Part shown: positions 14,765-27,020 of the stretch, in pieces | Layout of the letters: each line of letters begins with the position of its first letter | Numbering within the stretch: the first letter of the stretch is position 1 | NCBI RefSeq assembly: GCF_009914755.1 | Contig: NC_060930.1 | Strand: one strand, 5' to 3' | Length of the DNA: 64,000 nt | Source: the human T2T-CHM13v2.0 reference genome, Homo sapiens | Program-made: the position numbers and the translations under genes | The notes under the pieces: generated by a model | What the model was told of the DNA's origin: nothing | Database searches by the model: none | What the model saw: only the letters and a program-made list of their open reading frames with translations

Positions 14765-15063
14765 GTCCAGGAGCGGTGGCTCATGCCCATAGTCCCAGCA
14801 CTTTGGGAGGCCAAGGCAGGAGGATCACTTGAACCCAGGAGTTTGTGACCAGCTTGGGTTATATAGTGAGATCTCATCTCCACAAAAAATTAAAAAATTA
14901 GTGCAGTGTGGTGGCACGCACCTGTAATCCTAACTACTCAGGAGGTTCAGGCGGGAGGATCGCTTGAGCCCAGGAGTTGGAGGTTGCAGTGAACTATTAT
15001 TGCACTGCTGCACTCCAGCCTGAGTGATAGAACAAATCCTGTTGCTCAGAAAAATAAAAAAGA
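14765..15063 (+). mobile_element. AluJ with 14-bp TSD
   Basis: GGAGGATCGCTTGAGCCCAGGAG diagnostic; TSD AAGAAATTACCACA at 14751-14764 and 15064-15077. Confidence 0.93.
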
Positions 15064-15384
15064 AAGAAATTACCACAAACTTAGTGTCTTAAAATACCAC
15101 AAATTTAATAGCTTACCTCAGTCCAAAATGGGTTTCACTAAGCTATAATCATAGTGTCAGCAGGATTCATTCTGGAGGCTTGAGCAAAGAATCTATCTTC
15201 TTAGCTTTTCCAGCTTCTAGAGGCCACCTGCAACCCTTGGCTCATGACATAGTCCTCCATCTTCAAAATCAGCAACCACATCACTCTGACCTTTACTTTG
15301 ATTACATTGGGCTGCCCACATAATCCAAGATAATCTCTGCATCTCAAGGTATTTAATCATGTCAGCAAAATCCCTTTTGCTCTG

Positions 15385-16592
15385 TGTGTTAGGGATCCCC
15401 AAGAACACTCCCAAGTTTAATTCTTTTTTTCTTTTTTAATTATACTTTAAGTTCTAGGGTACATGTGCACAACGTGCAGGTTTGTTACATATGTATATAT
15501 GTGCCATGTTGGTGTGCTGCACCCATTAACTCGTCATTTACATTAGGTATATCTCCTAATGCTATCCCTCCCCCCTCCCCCCACCCCACGGCAGGTGCCA
15601 GTGTGTGGTGTTCCCCACCCTGTGTCCAAGTGTTTTCATTGTTCAATTCCCACCTATGAGTGAGAACATGCAGTGTTTGGTTTTCTGTCCTTGCGATAGT
15701 TTGCTCAGAATGATTGTTTCCAGCTTCATCCATGTCCCTACAAAGGACATGAACTCATCCTTTTTTATGGCTGCATAGTATTCCATGGTGTATATGTGCC
15801 ACATTTTCTTAATCCAGTCTATCATTGTTGGACATTTGGGTTGGTTCCAAGTCTTTGCTATTGTGAATAGTGCCACAATAAACACACATGTGCATGTGTC
15901 TTTATAGCAGCATGATTTATAATCCTTTGGGTATATACCCAGTAATGAGATGGCTGGGTCAAATGGTATTTCTAGTTCTAGATCCTTGAGGAATCACCAC
16001 ACTGTCTTCCACAATTGTTGAAGTAGTTTACAGTCCCACCAACAGTGTAAAAAGAACACTCCCAACTTTAATTCTTTGCTAGGAGGACTCACAGGATTCA
16101 GCATATAGTCATACTCACAGCTATGATTTATTATGGCAGAAAACACCCTAAACAAATCAAAGCCAGTCAAGAGAAAGGCCCTTGGGCAAAGTTGAAGAAA
16201 TTGCACACAAAGTTTCCAGGGTCCTCTCTCAATGGAGTCACCAAGGATGTGCTTAATTCTCCCAGCAACGGGTTGTGACAACACATGTAAAATGTTATTA
16301 ACTGAAGCAAGTCATTAGAGACTTAGTGTCTACAGTTTTTACTGGGGCTGGTCATATAGGCAACTTCTACTGATCACGTTCTAAAATTCCGGACTCCCAG
16401 AAGCAAAGGAGGCATTCAGTATAAACTATATTGTTTGCCAAAACATTTTAGGCACAGCGAGCAACCCTTATCAGTTAACAGTGGGAACCCTCTAAAGTCT
16501 AAATTCCCAGATACTATCTAAGGGCCAATCCTAGAGGTAGGCCTTTTCAAGAATAGCAATTTAAAACTGTTGTTTTAACTTGTTTCTTCACA
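15385..16592 (-). mobile_element. MER21-family LTR interrupted by L1PA
   Basis: GCTAGGAGGACTCACAGGATTCAGCATATAGTCATACTCACAGCTATGATTTATT...GTTGTGACAACAC...GACTCCCAGAAG. Confidence 0.8.
15427..16051 (-). mobile_element. 5'-truncated L1PA (PA4/5-like): 3' UTR plus ORF2 C-terminus
   Basis: ORF 15643-15885 (MFIVALFTIAKTWNQPKCPTMIDWIKKMWHIYTMEYYAAIKK) is the L1 ORF2p C-terminus. Has an L1 3' UTR and a 26-bp TSD. Confidence 0.96.
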
Positions 16593-16641
16593 CCATATAA
16601 GGTAATTTATTTACAGGTTTCAGGGATTAGGGTGCAGACAT

Positions 16642-17927
16642 TTTGTTTTTTTATTATTATACTTTATGTTCTGGGTTACATGTGCAGAACGTGCAGTTTT
16701 TTTACACAGGTATGTACATGTCATTGTGGTTTGCTGCACCCATCAACCCGTCACCTACATTAGGTATTTCTCCTAATGTTATCCCTCCCCTAGCCCCCAA
16801 CCCCACACAGGCCCCGGTGTGTGATGATCCACTCCCTGTGTCCATGTGTTCTCATTGTTCAACTCCCACTTATGAATGAGAACGTGCGGTGTTTCGTTTT
16901 CTGATCTTGTGACAGTTTGCTGAGAATGATGGTTTCCAGCGTCATCCATGTCCCTGCAAAGGACATGAACTCATCCTTTTTTATGGCTGCATAGTATTCC
17001 ATGGTATATATGTGCCACATTTTCTTAATCCAGTCTATCATTGATGGACATTTGGGTTATGGCTGCATAGTATTCCATGGTATATATGTGCCACATTTTC
17101 TTAATCCAGTCTATCATTGATGGACATTTGGGTTGGTTCCAAGACTTTGCTATTGTGAACAGTGCCGTGATAAACATATGTGTGCATGTGTCTTTATTGT
17201 AGAATGATTTATAATCCTGTGAGTATATGCCCAGTAATGGGATGGCTGGTTCAAATGGTATTTCTGGTTCTAGATCCTTGAGGAATCACCACACTGTCTT
17301 CCACAATTGTTGAACTAATTTACACTCCCACCAATAGTGTAAAAGCGTTCCTATTTTTCCACAACCTCTGCAGGATCTGTTGTTTCCTGACTTTTTAATG
17401 ATCGCCATTCTAACTGGCATGAGATGGTATCTCATTGTGGTTTTGATTTGCATTTCTCTAATGAGCAGTGATGATGAGCATATTTTCATATGTCTGTTGG
17501 TTGCATAAAAATGTCTTCCTTTGAGAAGTGTCTGTTCATATCCCTTGCCCATTTTTTGATGAGGTTGTTTGCTTTATTCTTGTAAATTTAAGTTCCTTGT
17601 AGATTCTGGATATTAGCCCTTTGTCAGATGGATAGGTTGCACAAATCTTCTCCCATTCTGTAGGTTGTCTGTTCACTCTGATGATAGTTTCTTTTGCTTT
17701 TCAGAAGCTCTTTAGTTTAATTAGATCCCATTTGTCAATTTTGGCTTTTGTTGCCATTGCTTTTGATGTTTTAGACATGAAGTCTTTGCCCATGCCTATG
17801 TCCTGAATGGTATTGTCCAGGTTTTCTTTCAGGATTTTAATCATCCTGGGTCTTATGTTTAAGTCTTTGATCATCTTGAATTGATTTTTGTATAAGGTGT
17901 AAGGAAGGGGTCCGGTTTCAGTTTTGC
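16642..17927 (-). mobile_element. 5'-truncated L1PA (PA6/7-like)
   Basis: ORF2p fragments ([12 protein letters not shown]; [29 protein letters not shown]); TSD AGGGTGCAGACAT at 16629-16641 and 17928-17940. Confidence 0.96.
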
Positions 17928-18084
17928 AGGGTGCAGACATGTTTTAAGGGGAGACATTATTCTGCCTACAATGTCCTTATTTTTTGTATACTCACACCTC
18001 TTGCCCAGTGTCTTGCATTTAGTGAGTGCATGGGAAGTTTTCCTGTGGACCATGATTTGGCATATTCCCCTGTGGCCTGGGCTT

Positions 18085-18864
18085 AGCAAATGTCATTAAC
18101 ATCCACCCAGTACCTGAATAGAAAAATCTACTTTGGTCCCTTCCTTTTTTCTGTCCTTCATATTCAATCAATCACAAAGTCCCACTGATTCTACTCTCTA
18201 AGCATTTTTTTTATTTCCTTTGGATTCACAACTATACTACCACTGTAGTTCAGACCACCATAACTTCTTGACTATCTTTGTCTATAAACTCTGGGCTGGT
18301 TTCAAGCTCTAGTTTTGCTTCCCTCCAATCCTTCCTCCAGGCAGAAACAAGTGTGTTCTTTTAGAACACAAATCAAATAGTGTTATTGCCCTATTAATAA
18401 CCCTTCAGCGGTCTCTGTACTTCTCCAGGCTCAATTTTTACCCTCTTGCCTTGCACACTATACAGTTTCCAGTCACACTGAATTTCTCTTGGTTTCTCAA
18501 ACAGACAGGCTCCCTCAGGTCTTACGTGAGTTTGTTCCTTTGTACTAAACACTTTCCCCTTTCTTTGCCAAGTTAATTCTGCTTATCCCTTTACTTGGGT
18601 CTCAGCATACACATTTCTTTCTCAGGGAGATCTCACCAGGCTTCTAAATAGATTAGGTCCCTTTACTACCTACTCCTTGATACCTGAACTTTCCCTATCA
18701 TTCCACTCATCCACAAAGTTATGATTTTGTCTATCTCTCTACTAGATGATACTCTCCACTATGGTAGAGTCTCTGCTTTGTTTTCTTTTATTTCACTAAT
18801 AGCTAGCACATGAAATTGGGCATACTAGGTTCTCAATAAATATTTCCTAAATTAGTGAATGGAT
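18085..18864 (+). mobile_element. L2 LINE 3' fragment
   Basis: Pyrimidine-rich L2-like body ending TAGGTTCTCAATAAATATTT...GTGAATGGAT. Confidence 0.7.
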
Positions 18865-18891
18865 TACTACCTAAAGCTTTTAAGAGTGATT

Positions 18892-19217
18892 GTATGGCAG
18901 CTTTGGAAAACAGCCTGGTAGTTCCTCAAATGGTCAAACATAGAGTTACTCTATGACCTAGCAATTTCACCTCCATGTATGTATTCAAGAGAAATGAAAA
19001 CATACATTAGTGATTTTCCAGAGCTGAGGAAGTTGGAAAGAAATGGGGAGTGACTGCTGAGTATGGGGGTTTCATTCTGAGGTAATGACAATGTTATAAA
19101 GCTGATTATTATAATGGTTGCACAATTCTGTGAATATATTAAAAACTATTAAATGGTGCACAATTTGTGTATTGTACAGTATATGTGTTGTATGTCAATA
19201 AAGCTGTTATTAAAAAA
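18892..19217 (+). mobile_element. L1MB-like 3' fragment with internal deletion
   Basis: CTTTGGAAAACAG..TGG..GTTCCTCAAA...ATGGTTGCACAATTCTGTGAATATA...TCAATAAAGCTGTT. Confidence 0.8.
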
Positions 19218-19967
19218 GAATGATTGAAAACCAGCCAATGTATCATTCAACTTTGAAAGAGAGCTGATGTCTAATATAGATTAAGAAGAACATTAAGTTC
19301 AAGAAATACTAATTGAATGAGTGAATAGCCTACTATCTTCCCAAGACTACTGCATTCTGTGTTGACTAAAATGTCCGGTCAGCTAGTTCACTTCACAACT
19401 CAAGCACTCACATACATGCTTTTCCTTGGGTTGACTGTTGTACTTTGGTAAGAAGCAGAAGGGCTTTATGTATATTACATAAAATATTTTAAAAAGGAAT
19501 GAATTCAAGGGTTGAGATTTAATAAAATTAATACTTTTAAGTGATTCATCAAGAACACCCTTAACTAACACTGGCTCCCCCTCATCCTTTGCCCCAGCCA
19601 CTGCTAGTGTGTGGTACAGGGTAATGAATGCAATGACTGATTCAGGTTTAGATGCCAGCAGGTGTCCTCATTATTGCTTTTGCAATAGTGTAATATCACC
19701 TTATTGAAGAAGGCAAGTAGCTTCTTAGCATGAAATTAGTTTTGACCAAATGATTGCCCTGAAAGGATCTCAAGGAATCCATGCAGTTCTGTAGACCACA
19801 GTGGGAGCACTGCTGTCCTAAGTGATATAAAACCACAGAAGCCTTATAACAAAGGTTCAGAATGTGTTTACAGATCTCCCTGGTATTCGATATTAGGTTG
19901 TGCCCAAGTGGTCCTTGCTTTTAAGATTGATAATCATTGCAATCAAGGTGGAAATTATTTGGTCAAA

Positions 19968-20288
<321 letters not shown>

Positions 20289-21556
20289 TAATTAAGGAGA
20301 CAGCATTGCTAATTGTTAAATAATTAGCATTTCTCTGCTTTTCACTGTCAGTGGATATATTAACAGCAATCACTTCAAACTTTGTTATCTCTGGTCTTAA
20401 TGTTTTTTTTCCTCTTCTGTTCTCTTCTCTCTTATCTAGAATAGTGAAATAAGGTGGCCAAGGAGGCAGAGATGGAGTCAGGGACTCTGTGGTAAGTAAC
20501 CTTTCATGGTCTAAGAAGCTCATGCCATTGCTCTGGATATCTTTTCTTAGAAGCTTTCTGAATGACTTATGGTAATAGATTGGAGATGGATTGAAACATT
20601 CTGGCTGCTCCACATCTGGGTACTGAGAAGCCTGCCACCAAATTCTTGATTTGAGTTAAAAGATGCCATTCAGGACACAGTTTCAGGCATATTTAGGCTC
20701 AGCCCATGAATAATTTTCCAAGCAATGATGTAAGAGAAAAATTGCCAAAGTATTCTGTGATTTGCAATTAGATTTTAAGATATAGCTACCATACTTTGTG
20801 ATAACACTGAAGGATAATGTACCAGTGGCAGTTTAGAGTTTTGCAATGTGTTAATGAAGGTTGTCTTTGTTTAGCTTTTTCTATGCATTTCTTCAGGGAA
20901 CACTAAAATACTTCTTTGTGTTGCAGAAGATTTCTCAGCATGGCCAGGTGGCATTTAAAGAGCCTAATGAGAAAGATGACTTGGCTCCAAGTGGCAATGT
21001 CAAAAGATACATTGCAGCTGCCCTGTCTCAGAGGGCCTGGAACGAAACCAACATTCTCAATTACTGCCCAGTGCTAGCGCATCACTACTTCTTCTCAGCA
21101 TCCGTCATGCCCTCTCTTCATCTGTTTAAGTGGGTGCTTTGGCATGAAGGAAGCTGTGCTTTATCTCCCAAATGCATCTTGCTGTCTTTGGCACATTTGT
21201 CGTTTGTTGGTGGTGGTGCCAGGACTCAGCCGTTTCATGACAGGCTTTGAGAGAGTGAATCAATTGTTATTGTTTTTCTTTTTGAAATACCCATCAGACT
21301 TTGTGATTCCCCTTTAAAAATGAAGGCTGCTTCATGTCACTATCAGGAAAAAGAAAAATAAGTCACAGAAAATTATATCATTTTCACATTTGATTATATT
21401 CGGTAACTGGTCAGAAGAAAACTAAGCCTTGATTTTTCACAATGTTCATCTAGGTGGGAACAAATTCTAGATTTCTCAGAAATCTCATTTTATAGAAATA
21501 TAGCATTAGGAGTATACTGATTTGGCCTTGGCTTTTAAAATTCCTTAGAAAGATAG

Positions 21557-21657
21557 ACAGAGAGAGAGAGAGAGAGCAAGAAGAAAAAGAAAGAAAGGGA
21601 GAGACAGAGAAAGAAAGAAGGAAAGAAAGAAAGGGAAAGACAAAAGACGAAGAAAGA
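21557..21657 (+). repeat. GA-rich simple/low-complexity repeat
   Basis: (GA)n and (GAAA)n runs. Confidence 0.9.
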
Positions 21658-22254
21658 GTGAGACTTTATTATTTCCAGCTTTTCACTGTCCCAGGAGGGC
21701 AGGAACCCTTTAAGAAGCACTTTGTGAGAATCCAGGAGATTGCTTCTCACTTGAATGGTATTTGAAATTTCCTGTGGACTGTGGATCTGAAATCTTAGGG
21801 TCAGGATGAAGGATTTGTGATCTAAGGCTTCTTGATCCTACCTCCTAAAAAAACACAAATTAATATTGGTAGAGCTCATCACCACAGGATTACTATCCAG
21901 CTGCATCAAATCCAGATAAAACTGAGTAATAAATTCACAAAGTTGAATGTTCTTTGTTTTTGAAGCATCAAGTTAAACCTTTTATGTCTGACACTGTTAT
22001 TCAAAACCTAAACCAGTTCTAATTTAAAAACCATTGTAAGAAAACTTCAACTTTTTAAGGTTTTTAGAATGATATTTAAAATTTGGCTGAACCTAATTTA
22101 TGGCTTAAAAAAAAGAGGAAAGCCGGAACATATTCATGCCCTACCTTTGTATATGGTTCACATTCTGTGAAATAGTTTCCACGGCATTGCGCTAACAAGG
22201 GATACTGAAAAAAGAAGCTTCTTGAGGTCAGTGTCTCCTCTTGTTTTTACTAGC

Positions 22255-22430
22255 AATCAGCTAGTTTTGCCAGTTATGTGACCTTGAACAAAATCACCTT
22301 TCCATGCCTTAGTTTTCTCAACCGTGATACGGGAATAATAATAGTGATATCTTATAGAGTTGCATAAGGATTAAAATAATAAATACAATAAAGCACTAGA
22401 ACAGTGCCAGATACAAAAGAAACACTACAT
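22255..22430 (+). mobile_element. MIR SINE
   Basis: TGTGACCTTGAACAA...CTTAGTTTTCTCAAC...AAAGCACTAGAACAGTGCC. Confidence 0.75.
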
Positions 22431-22493
22431 TAGGTGTCGTAGTTATGACTGAGATGATGCTAATTGTACAAGAAAAAAGATGAATAAAGAGAA

Positions 22494-22497
<4 letters not shown>

Positions 22498-22547
<50 letters not shown>
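22498..22547 (+). repeat. (GA)n(GACA)n compound microsatellite
   Basis: Read directly from the sequence. Confidence 0.95.
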
Positions 22548-22548
<1 letters not shown>

Positions 22549-23999
22549 ATCTTCTTCCTGACAAAGAAGGGGAAAGGAGTTAGTAGTGATAGCTGGTGTG
22601 TTTCTTGGCATTCTTGGCATTCTTTTTTGGAAACTAACTTTCTAAGTGGGTGGAGAGTTTTCTTGAAGAAGACAGCATGGTTCATGGAGGAAGGCTTCCC
22701 TTTGGGCACGGGGTCTTTTCAGCCTTGCCAAAGATTCCCACATCCCTGGGATGTGCAGAGCCCCGGACATGAGGACTAATCTCAGTCATGACTATGATAA
22801 TCTCAACAGTGATTAGTGAAGACCGATGCATCTGGATTGGGGGTAGGGTGGGATGAGTCTGTTCTTCTCTACCTTTAGTGCTGTAACACACACAATCTCT
22901 GTGCATTCTTAAGAGAAGAAAAACTTAGTAGGCTGGGTACTTGGAGTTGAATTTAGGTTTGTTTAAAGGTAATAAAGAAATTCAATGTTTTTTGTGTACC
23001 TGGATTGTAGACTAAGATTTATACCCACTGCGTTAATTGGCTTTTGTAGTTATTGTTTATAGATGTGTTTTGGATGTTTCACATATGTATGTTCCATTTT
23101 TCAAAATATATCTTTGATAGTAGGGACCATTTAAAAATATCTGTCATAATTCTCCACTGTGCCAGAATATCACAAATATCACTCTGTGCACACAGCAAGT
23201 GTTTAGTCAATATTGATGTTCTGTACAGGGTCCCAGGATATGGTTCATAACTGGCTTACTGGGGTACAGAGGTATAACTATATCCCTTCACCAAGTCATA
23301 TGATACAAAACTTTTATCAATATGTAACAGTTTTTTTCTTTGCACCAACTGAATACTGTCACTCAGAACTCTGTAAAATATGACATAGATTAAATGGATT
23401 GTGTGATGCAGTTTAGTTAATATAAAACTATCATTAAAGAAAGAGCATGTGAGAACATTTGTACCAGGAGAGTATAAACAGCTAAGCCCAGGGCAGGAGA
23501 CAGCTCTATTGAAACAGCCACACAGTGCAGAAAGGCTGCAAGGGAATGCATGAAGCCAAAGCTAGGGAAGCTTTTATGGAAATTGTGAGATGTCACATGA
23601 TTTTCATGTTATTGTTAATGACTTTGATGATGATTTTGGTATTTAGTCTCTTTCAAGTACACTGTCAAAATTCTAGAATTCAAAAAAGTGTGACAAATAC
23701 TGAAAAGTTAAGAATTACTGCTTTGGAATAATTATATCTTTTAAAAAATAGTTTGAGGCACTTGAATATTAGGAAGTTGATTTTTTCAACAGCATCTTTT
23801 TGGGCCAAAAAGAGTTATTTCAGCTGGATTGCCTCCTGCCTATTGTTCAGTGGTCAAGGAGATTTTAAGCAGCAAGGACAAGGAGATCTTCTGGTATGAC
23901 TTCCAACACTTCCATGCATGTCTTTGGAAAAGAAACAAATAGTCCAAATGTCTTTAGACAGTTTATGCAGGGGCTTAATGTTTGCATCAGTTTCCCTTG

Positions 24000-24320
24000 T
24001 TCTGTAAGTCACATGGGGTTGGTGCACACATGGGCCCAGGAAAATATGGTACACATAGGATATGTGTCACTGCTGAGAAACCCTGAGTTTAAAAACCCTC
24101 AAGCTGGTAAGGGGCTGCTGGTAAACCTGTCCAATCTTTCCTCTCTAGGAAAACATTATCTTTATTATCTTGGAATGCAAGCAAATCCCCCATGAAGAAG
24201 GCAGGGAGACTTTATTATCCTGAAGTGACTAAATAAATCTGCTCTGTGACCAGGAGAGTGACATTCTCTCTAGCTTCTATAGCTGTCTGTTATGCAAATA
24301 TCCTTGAACAAAATTGTTAT
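24000..24320 (-). mobile_element. MER76-like ERVL LTR fragment
   Basis: Reverse-complement similarity to the element at 39.2 kb (GCAAATATCCTTGAA; ACATTATCTTTATTAT). Confidence 0.55.
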
Positions 24321-24569
24321 TGAGCAATCATTGATGTACAATGCACTGGGTTTAACACTGAGGAAGAAATGATAGAGACCATCAGATCTGAATTTGAATC
24401 TGAGTTTTGCTGCATACTAATTGGGTCATCTTGGGTGAGTTATTTAACTATTATTCCCTGTAAAGTGGAGAATAATATTTTCCTCTTCAAAGAGCTATTG
24501 AAATAAGTTACATGGTGTACTTCAAGCACCTGGCACTAAACAGAAATAATCACATTGTAAAAGTTAGGA

Positions 24570-25050
24570 TGGTATTAGGCTGAGAGTGCCAGAAAACTTG
24601 GCTATCAGTAGCTTAAAAGAAGACTTTTTTTTCCCCCTTGCATAAGTACAAGGCCAGAAGTAGATACCCAAGAGCCGGTTTGGTTGCTTACTAATGCTGC
24701 CAGAGATAGGCTTGCTCTGCCTTCCTTAACATGTGGTTCTTGCAACTATAATGATAGTTGCAAATGGTTGCTGTTCCTCTAGGCCTAAATCTACTTTCCA
24801 GGAAGGAAGAGAGTGGAAGGACCCAAAAGCCTTCTACTTGCAAGCTTTGTATTTCTATTTTGGAGTGAAAGCCCTTCTCAGGGACTTCATTCACATACTA
24901 ACTGGCAAATTCTGGGTTACGTAGCTACTTTTAGCTGGGAGATTGGACATTTTTAGTTAGGTACACAGTTTCCCTAAACAAAATCAAAATTCTGCTAAAA
25001 AGGAAGAAGGTGGAATAGCCCTGGCTAGTTGACTGGCAGTGTCTGCCACA
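24570..25050 (-). mobile_element. Old MaLR LTR (MLT1J/K-like)
   Basis: Ends CCCTAAACAAAATCAAAATTCTGCTAAAAAGGAAGAAGG...GTGTCTGCCACA. Confidence 0.65.
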
Positions 25051-26049
25051 GACATTATACGTGTTCAGGCTGTTCATGTTCTAATACGTTACTTCTGTGA
25101 GCAATAAAAACTTTCTGTCCTGGCAGTAAGAGACTCTAGCTGGTGTTCACTTTTTATTAGACATTTATATTTAAACTTAAAAAGGTTAATTCTACTTTAT
25201 CCAGTGGTCAAAGGACAGATACATTCTCAGCTTCCAGATTTCAGACAATGTGAATAGCATATTTAGTGAACTCTAAAATAGAACAGAATTAACATGTTGT
25301 AGTTAATAGGCCTACTGGAAAGCTTTATCAGCCCTAACATAGGTAGCCTAATTACCACATATTTTAATTTCTTCTTCTTCATTAACAGGTACTATGGGGG
25401 GCATTTTCAATGAATTGGCTCTCAGTATTTTGGCTTTAAGCTTCTGTTTCCATCTTTATATTATCAAGAATTGGTCAGTTGGGTATCAAGTCATTCTGTG
25501 GAGCCTAGTTTCCTGGTTGTGAATTAACCTGTAAGTTTAGGAATATTTATTTCAGTCCCTTTCTGTGGCATAAATGCTACTAAAATGTATTTCTCATTCC
25601 TTAATAGGAGAAAACTGAAAACAATTTTTCCTAATTTTGGTGATTCAGAATCACCTGTTAAGCATCAGTTATTATGAAATTTTATAGCCATAGTTATTGA
25701 CATAAAACTCCTAGAGTCAACTTATTCTTTATTTACTTCTTTTTCATAAAATGAAGCTGATTTGTGAGACCCTTTGGGCCAGTGTAATAGGCCACCCTCA
25801 AGAGTCATCATCATTCTTAAAGAAGTTTTCAATGCATTCACTGTTGCTCTTGTCCTTGACTTCTCACCCCCGTTTAAATAATTATTTTTGGTATCTGTAA
25901 CATCCATAGTTGGATCACAAGTACCAATCTATGAACTTACACCCACTTTCCCTTCTCATCTGTACAAATTTCATTAACAAAGTAGAAGGGGATTCTCCCT
26001 CACCCTTTCAAAGAATTTTGAATGTATTTTGTGTGGGCTTATTCCAAAG

Positions 26050-26239
26050 CAGAACTCAGCGAACATTTTCTGTAAAGCGAAGACAGTAAATATTTTAGTC
26101 TTTGTGGACCACATACAGTCTCTGTTATATATACTTTTTTTTTCTTTCTTTCTTTTTTTTTTTTTTTTTCATTTGCAGCTTGAAGGGCCATACATAGATA
26201 GGTCAGATTTGGCCTGTAGGCGAAGTTCACTGACTCTTG
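26050..26239 (+). mobile_element. MER58C-like hAT MITE with 8-bp TSD
   Basis: TTTTCTGTAAAG..CAGTAAATATTTTAG..TTTGTGGACCA...GATTTGGCCTGTAGG; TSD TTCCAAAG on both sides. Confidence 0.8.
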
Positions 26240-26270
26240 TTCCAAAGCATATGGTTCTTTATCACTACAG

Positions 26271-26530
26271 CAGTGGTCTCCAAAATTTTTTAAAAGTGTA
26301 TCCCTCTTAAAAAAGCTTCAAGAATGTACTCACAGCCTAGATACTGAAATGTTTATTTTTATTTATAAAACATTAGATGTTTTTATCAAACTAATAAATT
26401 ATGTACATTATAAAACATGCTCAAAAATATAAATTTAAAAAGCATGAGATGAAATGTGAATGTAAATAGAAGTTCTAAAAGTTCTTTCTGTGCCCCAGGA
26501 GATCATCTTGCCTACTTTTTGAGCAATCTG
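26271..26530. mobile_element. hAT/Charlie-like non-autonomous DNA transposon
   Basis: CAGTGGTCTCCAAA ... TTTGAGCAATCTG imperfect terminal inverted repeats around an AT-rich core. Confidence 0.45.
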
Positions 26531-27020
26531 CATTTCATCTTGGAGTTCTCCCTGTTGGAGGAAAAAGATGATGCTTGTCACATGACACTGGCCCACAATT
26601 TTCTAGAAGATCTTAATATCAGCCTTTATCTTGAGCCTACTTAAACCCAAGGGAACTTGATTCATTTGGACCTGCCAAAATAAAGGTTGAAAAACATTAC
26701 AAGAATAGACTTAAAAAATTAGTTCTCAAAGCTATTCAGAAAATAGACTATGATAGAAAATAAGCTCTTCAAGATTATAAAAGTCTCCTTCAGGGTCATA
26801 ATTTATTAACCATTTCATTTTTTTCACTGGTGAATGTACAGTCTTTTAATGTGATATATCACTTGAAATGCCAAGGCTACCTTTTGGGAAACAGCATGGA
26901 ATCCAGGTAAATGCATTTACTTATGAAACCGGACTGTTAAGTGACCAGTACCTAGAACTCAGGGCACTCTCAAATTGTTTTCTAAGAACCATTATTGAAG
27001 TGCCCTGCATCGGACCCAGC

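Larger units (their letters stand above)
14726..17970 (-). mobile_element. MLT1D-like MaLR LTR split into four pieces by later insertions
   Basis: Pieces at ~14726-14764, 15078-15383, 16593-16641 and 17941-17970 rejoin into one MLT1-type LTR (AAATTACCACAAACTTAG...CCAGCTTCTAGAGGCCACC...AGGGATTAGG...ATTATTCTGCCTAC). Confidence 0.75.

Noticed and set aside
15465-17940. ORFs resembling reverse-transcriptase-associated protein
   Set aside because: They are fragments of L1 ORF2p C-terminus and 3' UTR from truncated L1PA copies, not host genes.
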